64,000 nt of DNA from an uncultured delta proteobacterium (GTDB lineage: Bacteria > Myxococcota_A > Polyangia > Fen-1088): positions 1,952,001 to 2,016,000 of the forward strand of contig CAVYGB010000002.1 of assembly GCA_963767925.1 (NCBI GenBank), read 5' to 3'. Position 1 is the first letter of the stretch. Each line of letters starts with the position of its first letter. The notes below the pieces were generated by a model. That model searched no databases and had not been told where the DNA came from. It was given only the letters and a program-made list of their open reading frames with translations. Made by a program: the position numbers and the translations under genes. This document shows, one piece after another, positions 50,289 to 60,390 of this stretch.

Positions 50289-51421
50289 CGATTGTCCGAT
50301 TTATCCAAACGGCGCGCATACGTGACCGCGTGGACGTGAGGCGACCTGCCCGCCCGCCGCACGTGCGGATCCGGCAGAGTCGGCGCGAATCACGCCCGTG
50401 ATCATCGCCGGCAACATGCCCATGGCCGCCAGGCCGAAAGGGTCACGCACCTGCGTCGGCTCGAAGAAACTTTGGTGAATCTTCCTTGCCGGCGGTGACA
50501 AACGTCGGGGTGGGGAAGCGATCTTCAGCGACAACGGCACCTCTCCGACTCCCCGGCGACCGCGACGCGATCGCTGCCGGATCATCGCCTCTGCCAGATC
50601 CGTTCCCCGAGTTTGCGCAACTGGCGCGCGAAAATGGCTCAGGGTTCGTTCGGTAATTCCCGCCCCCCCACGTACGCCGTCGAGACCCATTCAACACAGC
50701 GCGGGCTGGTCTGCTCGCGGAGCCGCTGCCTCCCCTTCGTGTTCGCGCGCACCGGCCAGGCCTGCTGACGATGGCCGTTCCGGGGGGCGGTCAGCCGGTC
50801 GTCCCGCCCCATCAGGTCGTCCCCCCGTCCCACCTGATAGTCGGAGGGGTGGTGCGCCCGCGCCCCGGGCGGCCCCGGCGCGAGCGGCGCTGGTGGACCT
50901 CCTGAAAGGCGCGAGCGAGACCTACTGCGGCACCTCGCTGCCGCCGACGTCCGCGAGCACCTCGACACCCTCTCGGTCGTCCATTCGAGTCCGCCCTCCG
51001 CCTCGACACCCAGGCTCCGCACCCGCTCCCGCGGGCCTGAGCGCGAAGCCGCCCTGTCGGGTCGACGCCGGTTCGTGGGGCGCGCGGGCCGTGTGAACGG
51101 GCGCACGCCCGCCTCCACGCGCGCCGCCTGTTACCTGCTGCTTGCAACCGCGGCACCTGCGCGATACCAGACGACGGCCGTGCAAAACCTGGCTCGCGCG
51201 CTGGCACTTTCTCCGCGACCGACGAAATCGTCCGGCGCTTCCGCGGGTTCCATGCGGCGGCTATTCCCGTCGCTGACGACCCGATTTGGACGCGAAAACC
51301 GACTGGTGCAAAGGTTCGACCTGCCGCAATCTGCGCCCGTCTCGACGCCCTAGACGTTTAAGCGTCGAGTGGTTTGGCAACTAACAGACAACTAGCAGGA
51401 CAGACAAGGAGGGATCGACCG

Positions 51422-51658
51422 ATGCGGAGGATGGTGGGGCCGACTGGGTTGTTGGACGGATACGAGATCAGGCGGGCGTTGGATGCGATGGAGGGGCCGG
51501 GTGATACGAATCGTTCGAACGCGCTCTTCGAGCAGGTCATGGTGAAGCTCGTTGCGCGGGAACGGCGGTATCGTCGCCTGCGCCAGCTCGTCCAGGTCGC
51601 ACGGGCAGCCGTGGCGGCCGTGATGGGCGCCGGAGCACTCCGGCTGCTCACGCACTGA
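51422..51658 (+). CDS. Small hypothetical protein with hydrophobic C-terminus
   Basis: AAGGAGG RBS upstream of ATG 51422. Confidence 0.55.
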   Translation: MRRMVGPTGLLDGYEIRRALDAMEGPGDTNRSNALFEQVMVKLVARERRYRRLRQLVQVARAAVAAVMGAGALRLLTH

Positions 51659-51752
51659 ATGAGCGGAGAGAAGTAGCTCCGGCGCGGCGGCCGGGTGGTG
51701 TGAAGCCGGTGACACTGGCTTCCGCAGGCTGGGTCAGGCAAGCTGGCCAGTC

Positions 51753-52076
51753 ATGAACCGCCCGCCGCCCGCGCCGCCCGAGCACGCTCAGACGCCGCGC
51801 TCGCGCATCGCCTCGGTGCTGCGAGAGGAGCTGGTAACGGCCCGCGAGCTGTCGCAGCGGGTGGGAGTACCGGAGAAGGACGTGACGGTCCACCTCGAGC
51901 ACCTCGCCCGGTCGGCGCGTCGAGAGGGCGAGCGCATGGTCGTCGCCCCCGCCGGGTGCATAAGCTGCGGGTTCGCCTTCGCCGACCGGGAGCGGTTCTC
52001 CAAGCCCGGCCGGTGCCCCCGCTGCCGGGGCACCCAAATCTCGCCGCCCCGCTTCGCGCTCGACGCCTCGGCCTGA
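51753..52076 (+). CDS. HTH plus Zn-ribbon transcriptional regulator (COG3357-like)
   Basis: TARELSQRVGVPEKDVTVHLEHL, CISCGFAF and CPRCRG. Confidence 0.85.
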   Translation: MNRPPPAPPEHAQTPRSRIASVLREELVTARELSQRVGVPEKDVTVHLEHLARSARREGERMVVAPAGCISCGFAFADRERFSKPGRCPRCRGTQISPPRFALDASA

Positions 52077-52107
52077 CGCCCCCAGCGGTCAGAGGGCGGG
52101 GCGCGGC

Positions 52108-52242
52108 CGAACAATCAGACAGGTGCCCCGGGCATCCTCCGAGCGGGCGCTCCTGCCGGATTCGCCAGCGATTTGTGCTCCCCCCGGACCGTTCGCCCTC
52201 GCCCCGCGGCAGCGGGGAGAGGGTGGGGTGAGGGGTCTCCGG
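52108..52242 (-). repeat. Diverged copy of the REP/MITE-like element
   Basis: Terminal gttcgccctcgccccgcggcagcggggagagggtggggtgaggggtct; the preceding core aligns to the reverse complement of the 137-bp unit. Confidence 0.75.
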
Positions 52243-52665
52243 TCAACCGTTGGCGCGCCAGGGCCGAGGGGACCGAAGGGGGGGCTGATGGCAAAATTCG
52301 CCGCTGGCCAGCGGGATACCTCTCCCGCCCGGCGGGATGTACGCCCACGACGGTTCTTCTCCCACTCCGCGAACCGGTCGTGTTATGGTCCGGTTTCTCA
52401 AGTACCGGCTCCGGCCGCCGATTGTCCTGATGTTTCTGGGGCGCGTGGTGCTGGCGGGCATTGCCCGGCGGCACTTCCCGCGGGGGGTGAAGGGACCCTT
52501 CGAGGGTCCGTTGCCAGTTGGTTCGCGGGGGCGTCGGGTGAGGCTCGCCGGTCCCGGTCCGAGACGCCATGTCAGCCGCCTGCCTCGCAGCGCCCGCGAC
52601 CCCCGTTCGCAGGCGCGTCGACCAGCGCCCCCCGGGTAGGGGGACGTGAGGGTGCCGTGAGCCGC

Positions 52666-54918
52666 ATGGCCTCCGAGTGGCCAGAGGGAACCGAGGCGCC
52701 TCCCGGACTGGGTGGCTACCGCCTCCTGCAGCAGCTCGGGCAGCGCGGCCGGGCGGCCACCTTCCTGGCTCGGCGGAGCGGGGCGGACGGGGTCGAGAAG
52801 ACCTTCGCCTTCAAGTGCCTGTTCGACGCGCTCGAGGGCTCGGCCGAGCTCGAGGCGCGGCTGCTGGACGAATGCCGGCGGGTGGCCGCCCTACGCCATC
52901 CCAGCATCGCCGAGGTCTACGACTTCGGGGCCAGCGACGGGACCTTCTACGTCGCCATGGAGCACGTCGACGGCCGCGACCTGGGGGCCATCCAGCGCCG
53001 CCTGCGCGAGCTGGGCCGCAAGATGCCGCTCGGGATCGCCCTGCGGCTGGCGGCCGACGTCTGTGCCGCGCTCGAGCACGCCCACGGCCGCACCGACGAG
53101 GTGGGCGCCCCGCAGCCATTGGTGCACGGGGGCGTCTCGCCCGCGAACGTCATGGTGACCCGGGAGGGGGTGGTCAAGCTGCTCGACTTCGCCACCGCCC
53201 GGGTCATGGGCGAGCGGCAGCCCGGACGCTCCGGGACGAACCCCGAGGAGCAGCCCGCCTTCCTGGCCCCCGAGCAGCTCCGCAGCGAGGGCGCCAGCTC
53301 CGGCGTCAGCGTGGGCGCCAGCGTCAGGGACGACGCCCGCGTCGACGTGTACGGGCTGGGCGCCGTCCTCTACCTCCTGCTCACCGACCGCCGCGCCTCG
53401 GACGAACCGCGCGACCTGAGGGCCCTGCGCCCCGAGTTGCCCGAGTCGGTGGTCGAGCTGACCCGCCGCGCGCTCGAGCCCGATCGGGAGCGCCGCTTCG
53501 CCAGCGCCACGGAGATGGGGCGGGCCCTGGGGGCCGAGCTGACTTTGCTGGCCCCCACCACAGGCCCGGCCAAGGTGGCCACCTTCGTCACCGATCTGTT
53601 CGCACCCGAGGCGTCCCGCGCGGTGAGCATGGTGGCCACCCGCATGGGATTGCCGGCCGTGACCATGCCCCTTCCCACCCTGCCGGCCGCCGCCCCGGCC
53701 CCCGACGCGCCGGCGAGCGCGCCCGCGGCGTTCGACTCCCTCCCGCCGGCGCCGCAGGTGAAGCCACAGCCGATACCGGCGGTGCCGTTCGAGGCCCTGC
53801 CGAAGCCGCAGCCGCTGTCGTCGTCGTACGACCCCCTCCCGCTCCCGCCGGAGCCAGCGCCAGCGAGCGTCATCGCGTACGGCGCCCTCCCGATGCCAGC
53901 ACTGGCCAGGCCGCAGGCGGTGCCCGGGACCGCGTTCGACCCGGCCAAGCCGCAGGCGTCGGGGGCGTTCGACGTCGCCAAGCCGCAGCCGCAACCGCAG
54001 CCGTCGGGGGCGTTCGACCTGAAGCCACAGGCGTCGGGGGCGTTCGACCTGAAGCCGGCGGCGTCGGGGGCGCTCGACCGGCACCGGCACCGGCAGGGGC
54101 AGCCGGAAGCGGCGATCCTGCTGGAGCGGGCGGTGCGCGTTGAGAAGACCGAACGTGCCGAGCGGCGCGATCGGCGCGCCACCCAGGGCATCCCCCTGCT
54201 CAACATCCGGCGGCGCTTTCGCCGCAAGCGGACCCTTTTGACGGTGTCGGCCCTCGCCGCGCTGGCCATCGTGCTGACGGGGGCCTTCGCCCTCCGCCGG
54301 GGCACCCCCCACCCCGACCCGCAGCCCGGGAGCCTGCCCGCCCCCGCCGCAACTGCGCCCGATCCCATCCCCCCTTCGCCGCTGACCCCGCCCTTGCCGG
54401 TCGCCGCGCCACCGCCCGCCCCCCCTGCGCCGGTGGCCCCGCTCGCCGCGGCCCCTCCGGAGACCCCTCCTGCGGTCCCGCCGGCCGTGACTCCCCCGGA
54501 AGGACCCCCTCCCGCCCCACCCACCTCCTCGACCCGGGCCGCGCTCCCGCCCCTCGACGATCCGATGGAGCTCCCTTCGGCCGAGCCCACCCGTCGCGCG
54601 CCCCCTCTGACCGGTCCGGGCGGCGTGTTCGACGGCCGGGTCCTGCAGAAGATCGTGCGCAAAGCCCGCGTGAAGTTCGCCCGCTGCCTCGCCTACCACG
54701 GCGAGAGCCAGGCCAAATCCCGCCGCCAGCTGGCAGTCTTCCTGCGTGTCGCCAGCACCGGCAAGGTCACCGCCGCCGACGTGAACCTGGTGGGCGTGAC
54801 CGACGAGCCCCTGGCCACCTGCCTGGAACGCGAAGCCTCCCGCCTCCGCTTCCCCCGCCACCCCGAGAAGGAAGTCCGCTTCTCCTTCCCCGTCTCCGGC
54901 ACCCGCCCCCTCCGCTAG
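52666..54918 (+). CDS. Membrane Ser/Thr pseudokinase with Pro-rich linker and C-terminal AgmX/PglI-like domain
   Basis: Kinase fold (HPSIA, YVAMEHVDG, APE, DVYGLG) but HGGVSPAN and DFA; one TM; C-terminal C...G.V...C...LRFP...FSFP. Confidence 0.85.
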   Translation: MASEWPEGTEAPPGLGGYRLLQQLGQRGRAATFLARRSGADGVEKTFAFKCLFDALEGSAELEARLLDECRRVAALRHPSIAEVYDFGASDGTFYVAMEHVDGRDLGAIQRRLRELGRKMPLGIALRLAADVCAALEHAHGRTDEVGAPQPLVHGGVSPANVMVTREGVVKLLDFATARVMGERQPGRSGTNPEEQPAFLAPEQLRSEGASSGVSVGASVRDDARVDVYGLGAVLYLLLTDRRASDEPRDLRALRPELPESVVELTRRALEPDRERRFASATEMGRALGAELTLLAPTTGPAKVATFVTDLFAPEASRAVSMVATRMGLPAVTMPLPTLPAAAPAPDAPASAPAAFDSLPPAPQVKPQPIPAVPFEALPKPQPLSSSYDPLPLPPEPAPASVIAYGALPMPALARPQAVPGTAFDPAKPQASGAFDVAKPQPQPQPSGAFDLKPQASGAFDLKPAASGALDRHRHRQGQPEAAILLERAVRVEKTERAERRDRRATQGIPLLNIRRRFRRKRTLLTVSALAALAIVLTGAFALRRGTPHPDPQPGSLPAPAATAPDPIPPSPLTPPLPVAAPPPAPPAPVAPLAAAPPETPPAVPPAVTPPEGPPPAPPTSSTRAALPPLDDPMELPSAEPTRRAPPLTGPGGVFDGRVLQKIVRKARVKFARCLAYHGESQAKSRRQLAVFLRVASTGKVTAADVNLVGVTDEPLATCLEREASRLRFPRHPEKEVRFSFPVSGTRPLR

Positions 54919-54980
54919 CGATTTTTTCGCTCCGACTTCTTCGTCTCCGTCCCCGCCCTTCCCCCCCCCACGCCCCCCGT

Positions 54981-56243
54981 TCACTCCGCCTCCAGATCCT
55001 CCCGCGGCTTGAGCACCCTCGGCTCCCCCGCCCGGTGCAAAAACGCCACGAACACCGGCACCGGCCCCTCCCCCTTCCCGAACGCCGGCGGTGGCGGCGG
55101 AAACCGGATCCCCGGCTTCACCCAGGCCACCGCTCCGCTATCGAGGAAGTCCACCCCTGCCGAGGCGACAACCACCCCGTCGACGAGCACCCCCTGCCGA
55201 TCGAGCCGCAGCCGCACGACCGTCTTGCGCTCCACCTCGGACGTCGCGGCGAAGGCCTGCGAGGGGCGCCAGTGCTCGGCGATGGCGTGGTGGAGCTTGT
55301 TGGCGAAGCGGAACAGCCCCACGTCGAGGTGAAACGAGCAGCGCACATCGAACCCGCCGCTCGCATCGACGAGCTCGTCGGGCAGGGGGGGCATCGGCTG
55401 CATGCGGGCGACGGTCCCCTGGGCCTCGTGATCGAGGTCGGGGATGCCCGACGAGTCCTTCAGCTCGGCCCGCTCGACCGTGCCGTTGGCGCGCAGGCGG
55501 ACCTGCAGCCCGGAGACGAACATCGACCCCTCGAGCCTCCCCGTCGGGTCGACGCGGGCGTAGACCTCACCCGCCCGCCAGGCGGCGCGCAGGTGGCGCT
55601 TGAGCTGGGCCAGGAACAGCGAGCGCGGGGAGGGGACCGGCGTGCCGGTGCTGGGCGCGCTCTCCGGCGGTGGCGCCGGCACGGCCTTCTCGGGCGCGGC
55701 TGCCGGCGGCGCCGAGGCGGCGGCGGTCGGGCTGCCCGCCCGTGACGCCCGCCGGACCGCCCGGCGGGCCGGCCCTGGCCGGGTCGCGCCTTCCCCGGCG
55801 GGTCGCACCTGCGCGGGCGCCGGATCCACGCCGGCCACCTGGATCGAGTCGATGGCGCTCGCCGCCGCGCCGGAGGCGCTCGCTGCGCCCGTGACGCTCG
55901 CTGCTGCGCCGACGGCGCTCGGCTCGCCCCCGGTGGTACTCGCCCCGGCGCCGAGAGCGGGTGGCCCCTGGGCCAGGGCCTCGGCCAGCGCGCTCTCGTC
56001 GGCGCTGCTGATGCGGATGATTTCGTGGGGGTCGACGTCGACGTTGGCGATGCCGCCGCCGGGGAGCGTGCTGCCCGCCCGGGTCACGAACGCGGCGAGG
56101 CCGGCGAGGGCGAGCAGGTGGCAGGCCGCCGACAGCGCAAAGCCCAGCCCCATCCGTCGGCCGGTGCCGCGGCGGCGAACGTTAGGCTGTGGCTCCCAGG
56201 CTGGCAGGCCCAGCGCGGGGAGCGGTTCCGTCCGGGAACCCAT
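54981..56243 (-). CDS. TonB/TolA-like protein with two C-terminal domains
   Basis: N-terminal TM with SxxxH (SAACH), Ala/Pro linker, and two repeats of W...G.....SSG/SAG..LD..A...P.PP. Confidence 0.8.
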   Translation of the reverse strand: MGSRTEPLPALGLPAWEPQPNVRRRGTGRRMGLGFALSAACHLLALAGLAAFVTRAGSTLPGGGIANVDVDPHEIIRISSADESALAEALAQGPPALGAGASTTGGEPSAVGAAASVTGAASASGAAASAIDSIQVAGVDPAPAQVRPAGEGATRPGPARRAVRRASRAGSPTAAASAPPAAAPEKAVPAPPPESAPSTGTPVPSPRSLFLAQLKRHLRAAWRAGEVYARVDPTGRLEGSMFVSGLQVRLRANGTVERAELKDSSGIPDLDHEAQGTVARMQPMPPLPDELVDASGGFDVRCSFHLDVGLFRFANKLHHAIAEHWRPSQAFAATSEVERKTVVRLRLDRQGVLVDGVVVASAGVDFLDSGAVAWVKPGIRFPPPPPAFGKGEGPVPVFVAFLHRAGEPRVLKPREDLEAE

Positions 56244-56347
56244 GCTGCGGCCCTCCCTGGATGCATCTTACCCTCCGCCGGCCCGGAAAAGGGGAAGGGT
56301 GCCGCGCCGGCGGCCGCTGGGCCGGCGCGGCAGATTCGCCCGTTCCC

Positions 56348-57899
56348 TCAGTTCCCCGCGGCGGCGTCGCCAGCCGGGACGCCGGCATCGGCCGCCGGGA
56401 CGCCGGCATCGGCCGCCGGGACGCCGGCATCGGCCGCCGGGGCGTCGGGCCGCGTGCCCGCATCACCCGCCGGGATGCCCGCGTCGCCACCGGGCGCCGC
56501 ACCGCCGTAGCTCACGCGGTAGATGACCCCGTTGGTGTCCTCGGCGAGCAGCAGCGCCCCCGTGGGATTGACCGCCAGGCCGGCCGGCCGGCCCAGGTAG
56601 GTGCGGCCGGCGCTGTCGAGGAACCCGCTCAGGAAGTCCTCCACCACCGGGCCGGTGGTCTCGGGGCCGGTCTCGGAGAAGCGCACGCGCACGACCTTGT
56701 AGCCGGTAGGCACCGACCGGTTCCAGGAGCCGCGGAAGGCCACGAAGGCGTCCCCCCGGTATTCGGCCGGGAACTGGTTGCCCCGGTAAAACAGGAACCC
56801 GATGGGCGCGCTGTGGGCCTGGTACTCGAAGCGACTCGCCTCGGTGGTCGGGCAGTAGGTCTCCTTGCTGAGGTCCACGCGTGGCTGGTCCACCACCGGA
56901 TCGACCGAATTCTTCGCGTAGCAGAAGGGCCAGCCGTAAGTCTTGCCCGCCTCGATCAGGTTGATCTCGTCGGGCGGGATGTCGTCACCGAGGCCGTCCG
57001 AGCCGTGGTCCGAGCCCCACAGCGCTGCGGTCGTGGGGTGCCAGTCGAACCCGATTGTGTTGCGCAGGCCGCTGGCGAACACCCGCGGCGAGGTCATCGC
57101 CATCGGGCTGCGGGCCAATATGGGGTGCTGCGGGTTGGCCGGGTTGGCGCTGGCCGTGCCGGTCAGCTCGAGGCGCAGCAAGGTGGCGTGCTCCGGGTTG
57201 GTCTCCGCGCAGGCGTTGCAGCTGCTGCCGACGCTGACGTAGAGCTTTCCGTCGGGGCCCACCGCCAGGGTGCGGTTGGGGTGTTGCCCGCCGTCGGGCA
57301 GGTCGGTCAGCAGCGCCTGCACGCCGGTCAGGCGCCCGCCCGCCGGGGTCGCCGCCAGCACGCCCTTCACGGTGGCGAGGTAGACCCGCCCCATGTGGTA
57401 GCTGATGCCGTGCACGCCCATCAGCGCCGGCGTCTCCATCGCCGAGGCGGCGATGACCCGCTCGCCGTCGTCGCTGGCGTCGCCGTCGTTGTTGAGGTCG
57501 CGCAGGCGCAGGACCTGGCCCTGCTCGCGCAAGGTCACGTAGACGTCCCCCTCGGGAGCCACCGCCATCATGCGCGGGTTGCCCAGCCCGGAGGCGAACA
57601 CCTGCACCCGGAAGCCGGGCGGCACGCGCAACTCTTGCACCGAGGTGGCGGAGAACTCCCGCCGCTCGGGCCGGTTCGCGGTGATCAGTACCGGCGTCGC
57701 CGGTCGGGCCGTCGCTCGATCCCGGCCGCGCGTCGCCCGCGGGGGCGTCCACCACCCGCGCATCGGCTGCGCCCCGCGCGTCGGCGGCGCTGGCGTCGCG
57801 GACGCCGCCGCCGGGGCCGGGCTCGCCCTCGTCGTCACACGCCCCCCCGACCCCGACCGCCACCACCGCGAACAACCATCTCGACGCCTGTATCTTCAT
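56348..57899 (-). CDS. Glucose/sorbosone dehydrogenase-family beta-propeller lipoprotein; one apparent frameshift near 57695
   Basis: LYVSVGSSCNAC, GLRN, YGWP, AHSAP and GSWNR; the lipoprotein leader (MKIQ...GGAC) is in a different frame (ORF ending 57899). Confidence 0.85.
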
Positions 57900-58053
57900 G
57901 CCCCGGAGGTGGGGATTGCCCCCACCTGCGGCAAGCCGCCTCCCAAAAAGTGGCAGCCACCCCTAAGGACGGCTCTGACGGTCACCGCCCGGCCGAGCGA
58001 CTGATGCAGAAACAGCCGGTCGCTCGCCACGCTCGGGCCGGCCAGCGCGTCGG

Positions 58054-59769
58054 CTACGCGGCCGCCGTGTAGCGGGTCTCGATTGCGGTGCGGATGCGGG
58101 CCCGCGATTCGGTGGGGGGCCAGGGTGGCGTCCGCCTCGACCGCGGCCGCCTCCTTGGCCAGCTCGGGATCTTTGATCGCCTCCTGGAACCAGCGCGAGT
58201 AGTCCCGCTGCCGCAGGTGGTGCATCCAGGTGTCCTCGTCCACCCCCTCGGCCATCTGCACGAACAGCTCGAGGTTGTAGGCCCGCAGGTTGAGCCGGTC
58301 CTCTGGCCCCTTGAAGTAGAAGCTCTTGTCCGGGCCGAGCTGGCCGGCGGCGTATTTGCGCACGTGCCGCCGCCGCTCCGCCTTCGGCACCCGGCAGGTG
58401 ATGGCGATCGGCGGCTTGCCCCGGAACCAGACCACGGCGTGCCCCGGCTCGGGCGTCGCGGGCAGCGGCCGGGGCGCCTTGTCCCCCAGGATCCCGGCCA
58501 GCTCCCCGAGGGCGTCGGGGGCCAGCTTGCCGAAGGTGACCGCCCCCTCCACCTCGGTCAGCAGCGCCGGCAGCACGTGACCGGGGTGCACCGTGATGTA
58601 GAGCAGGCCCCGGGACCCGTCGGGCAGGCTCAGCCCGCTGGCCTGGCGGCTGGCGGGCGCCACGTGGTGGGTCTCGTCGACGACGATCCAGTGGGGGCGG
58701 CCGGTCCGCGCGCGCAGCTCCAGCAGGCGCGGCAGCAGCGACTCGAAGTAGGCGGGCCGGTCCTCGAGGGGCACCCCCACCAGCGACACGTTCACGTTCT
58801 GGCGGGGCCGGGACAGCAGCTCGAGCACCTCGGAGACCGAAGGGGCGGCCCTGGCGTCCCCCAGGGTCATGGCCGAGGGGAAGATCGCGCATGTCCCCCT
58901 CGGGATCGATGATGCAGGTCTGGTAGCCCCGCTCGTCGAGCGCCTCGATGAAGGCGGTTGCCAGGCTGGACTTGCCCGCGCCCGAGCTGCCCGCGAACAG
59001 CAGCGGGCGCTGGTACGGAGAGACCGAGACGGTGGTCCCCACCGGGTCGGTGCCGAGGGGGATGGCGTGGCGGGCCAGCACCTGCTGCGAGGAGGCCAGG
59101 TCGTCCTCGATGATCTGCCCGATCAGCTCCTCGACCCCGCCGCCGTGGTCGGCCTTTGTCACCAGGTCGGCGCGCTGCCTTGACCGAGGGCAGGGCGTTG
59201 GCCACGGCCACTCCGCACTCGCAGCACCGACAGGAAGGCGTGGTCGTTCTCGGCGTCCCCCACCCCCACGGCGTTGCGCGGGCGACAGCTCGAGGTCCTC
59301 GAGCGCGGCCTGCAGCCCGGTGGCCTTGTTCAGGCCCGACGGCAGCACCATGACCGCGCCCTTGTTGAAGATCACCTGCAGCTCGAGCCCCATCTCCCGG
59401 ATCAGCTCGAGCACCTCCACCTCGTGCGGCTCCCAGGTGGCCACGATGACGTGACCGGCGCCGACCGAGACCGGCACGCGTTCTCTCAGCCGCTCGGTGA
59501 ACAGGAGGGCGGGCGGCTCGCCCAGGGCCCGGATCGCCCTGGTGGAAGGGGGTGTAGAGCAGGGCCCCGTTCTCCGCCACCACCCGGTCGAACACCCGGT
59601 CCACCTCGGGGAAGTTGGCCTGCAGGTCGTCGAGCTGGCGGCCGGTGACCATGACCAGCTTGCGCCCGGAGGCCTTCAGCTTGTGCAGGGCGGCCACGGT
59701 GGAGGGCGCCATCCGGCCGTGATGGGCCAACGTGCCGTCGTAATCGGCAGCGAGCACACGAAATCGCAT
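58054..59769 (-). CDS. HAD-IIB phosphatase fused to a P-loop domain; about six apparent frameshifts
   Basis: DYDGT, VTGR, AENG, NKATG, GDAEND, GSSGAGKS, IDPEGD, VDETHH and RHVRKYA lie in alternating frames; the reconstructed end is ...IETRYTAAA-stop at 58054. Confidence 0.8.
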
Positions 59770-59776
59770 CCGACAG

Positions 59777-60154
59777 TTATGGGTTCCGCGGGCGGAGCTG
59801 GCTCGTTACACGTTTGCCATCGGCCAGCCTGGTCACCAGGTCGGTGAGCTGCTGCTGCTCGCCGCTGTCGGCCACCGTCCCCGCCACCTCGATCCCGCTC
59901 TCCTCCACGACGATGTGGACGTCGCTGAGGTCGATCTCGGTGGCCTGGGCCAGCCGCTCGCGGAGCTGCTCCCCCTCGTCCGCCCCCGGCCGGGCGTGGC
60001 CCCCGTGTTCGCCCGGACGGAGCTGCTCGGGCAGCTCGGGGCCCAGGCGGCCGTGGATACGGAACCGGTGCCCGGCGTTAGCCCCTTCGGGCTCGTCGCC
60101 CGCCGGGTCGGAGGTGCCATGCTCGGCTTCCCAGACGCTGGAGGTGGTTGCCAT
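59777..60154 (-). CDS. BON-domain protein
   Basis: DEGEQLRERL...IDLSDVHIVV...VAGTV...VTSQLR pattern. Confidence 0.7.
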   Translation of the reverse strand: MATTSSVWEAEHGTSDPAGDEPEGANAGHRFRIHGRLGPELPEQLRPGEHGGHARPGADEGEQLRERLAQATEIDLSDVHIVVEESGIEVAGTVADSGEQQQLTDLVTRLADGKRVTSQLRPRNP

Positions 60155-60390
60155 GATTGCCGAAACATGCGGGTGACCCCATCTCCTGGCAAGGAGTGAC
60201 CGAAGGAGCCCTGAAGGGTGCCCCTGGGCGAGACCGGTTTGGGCGCGGGCGTCGCGAACCGGAAGAGGCGGTTACCACTGGGAATCGGCAGTTACTCCGA
60301 CGTAACGGTCGCCCCCGCCGAAAGCCGCGACAACCCGTGGCTGTAGGGCGTTGTCGGGCTGGCCCGGAACATGAATGAGGGCCAGACGAC

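Noticed and set aside
51142..51159. Second sigma54 promoter on the minus strand (AGGTGCCGCGGTTGCA)
   Set aside because: Weak -24 match and no credible downstream gene.
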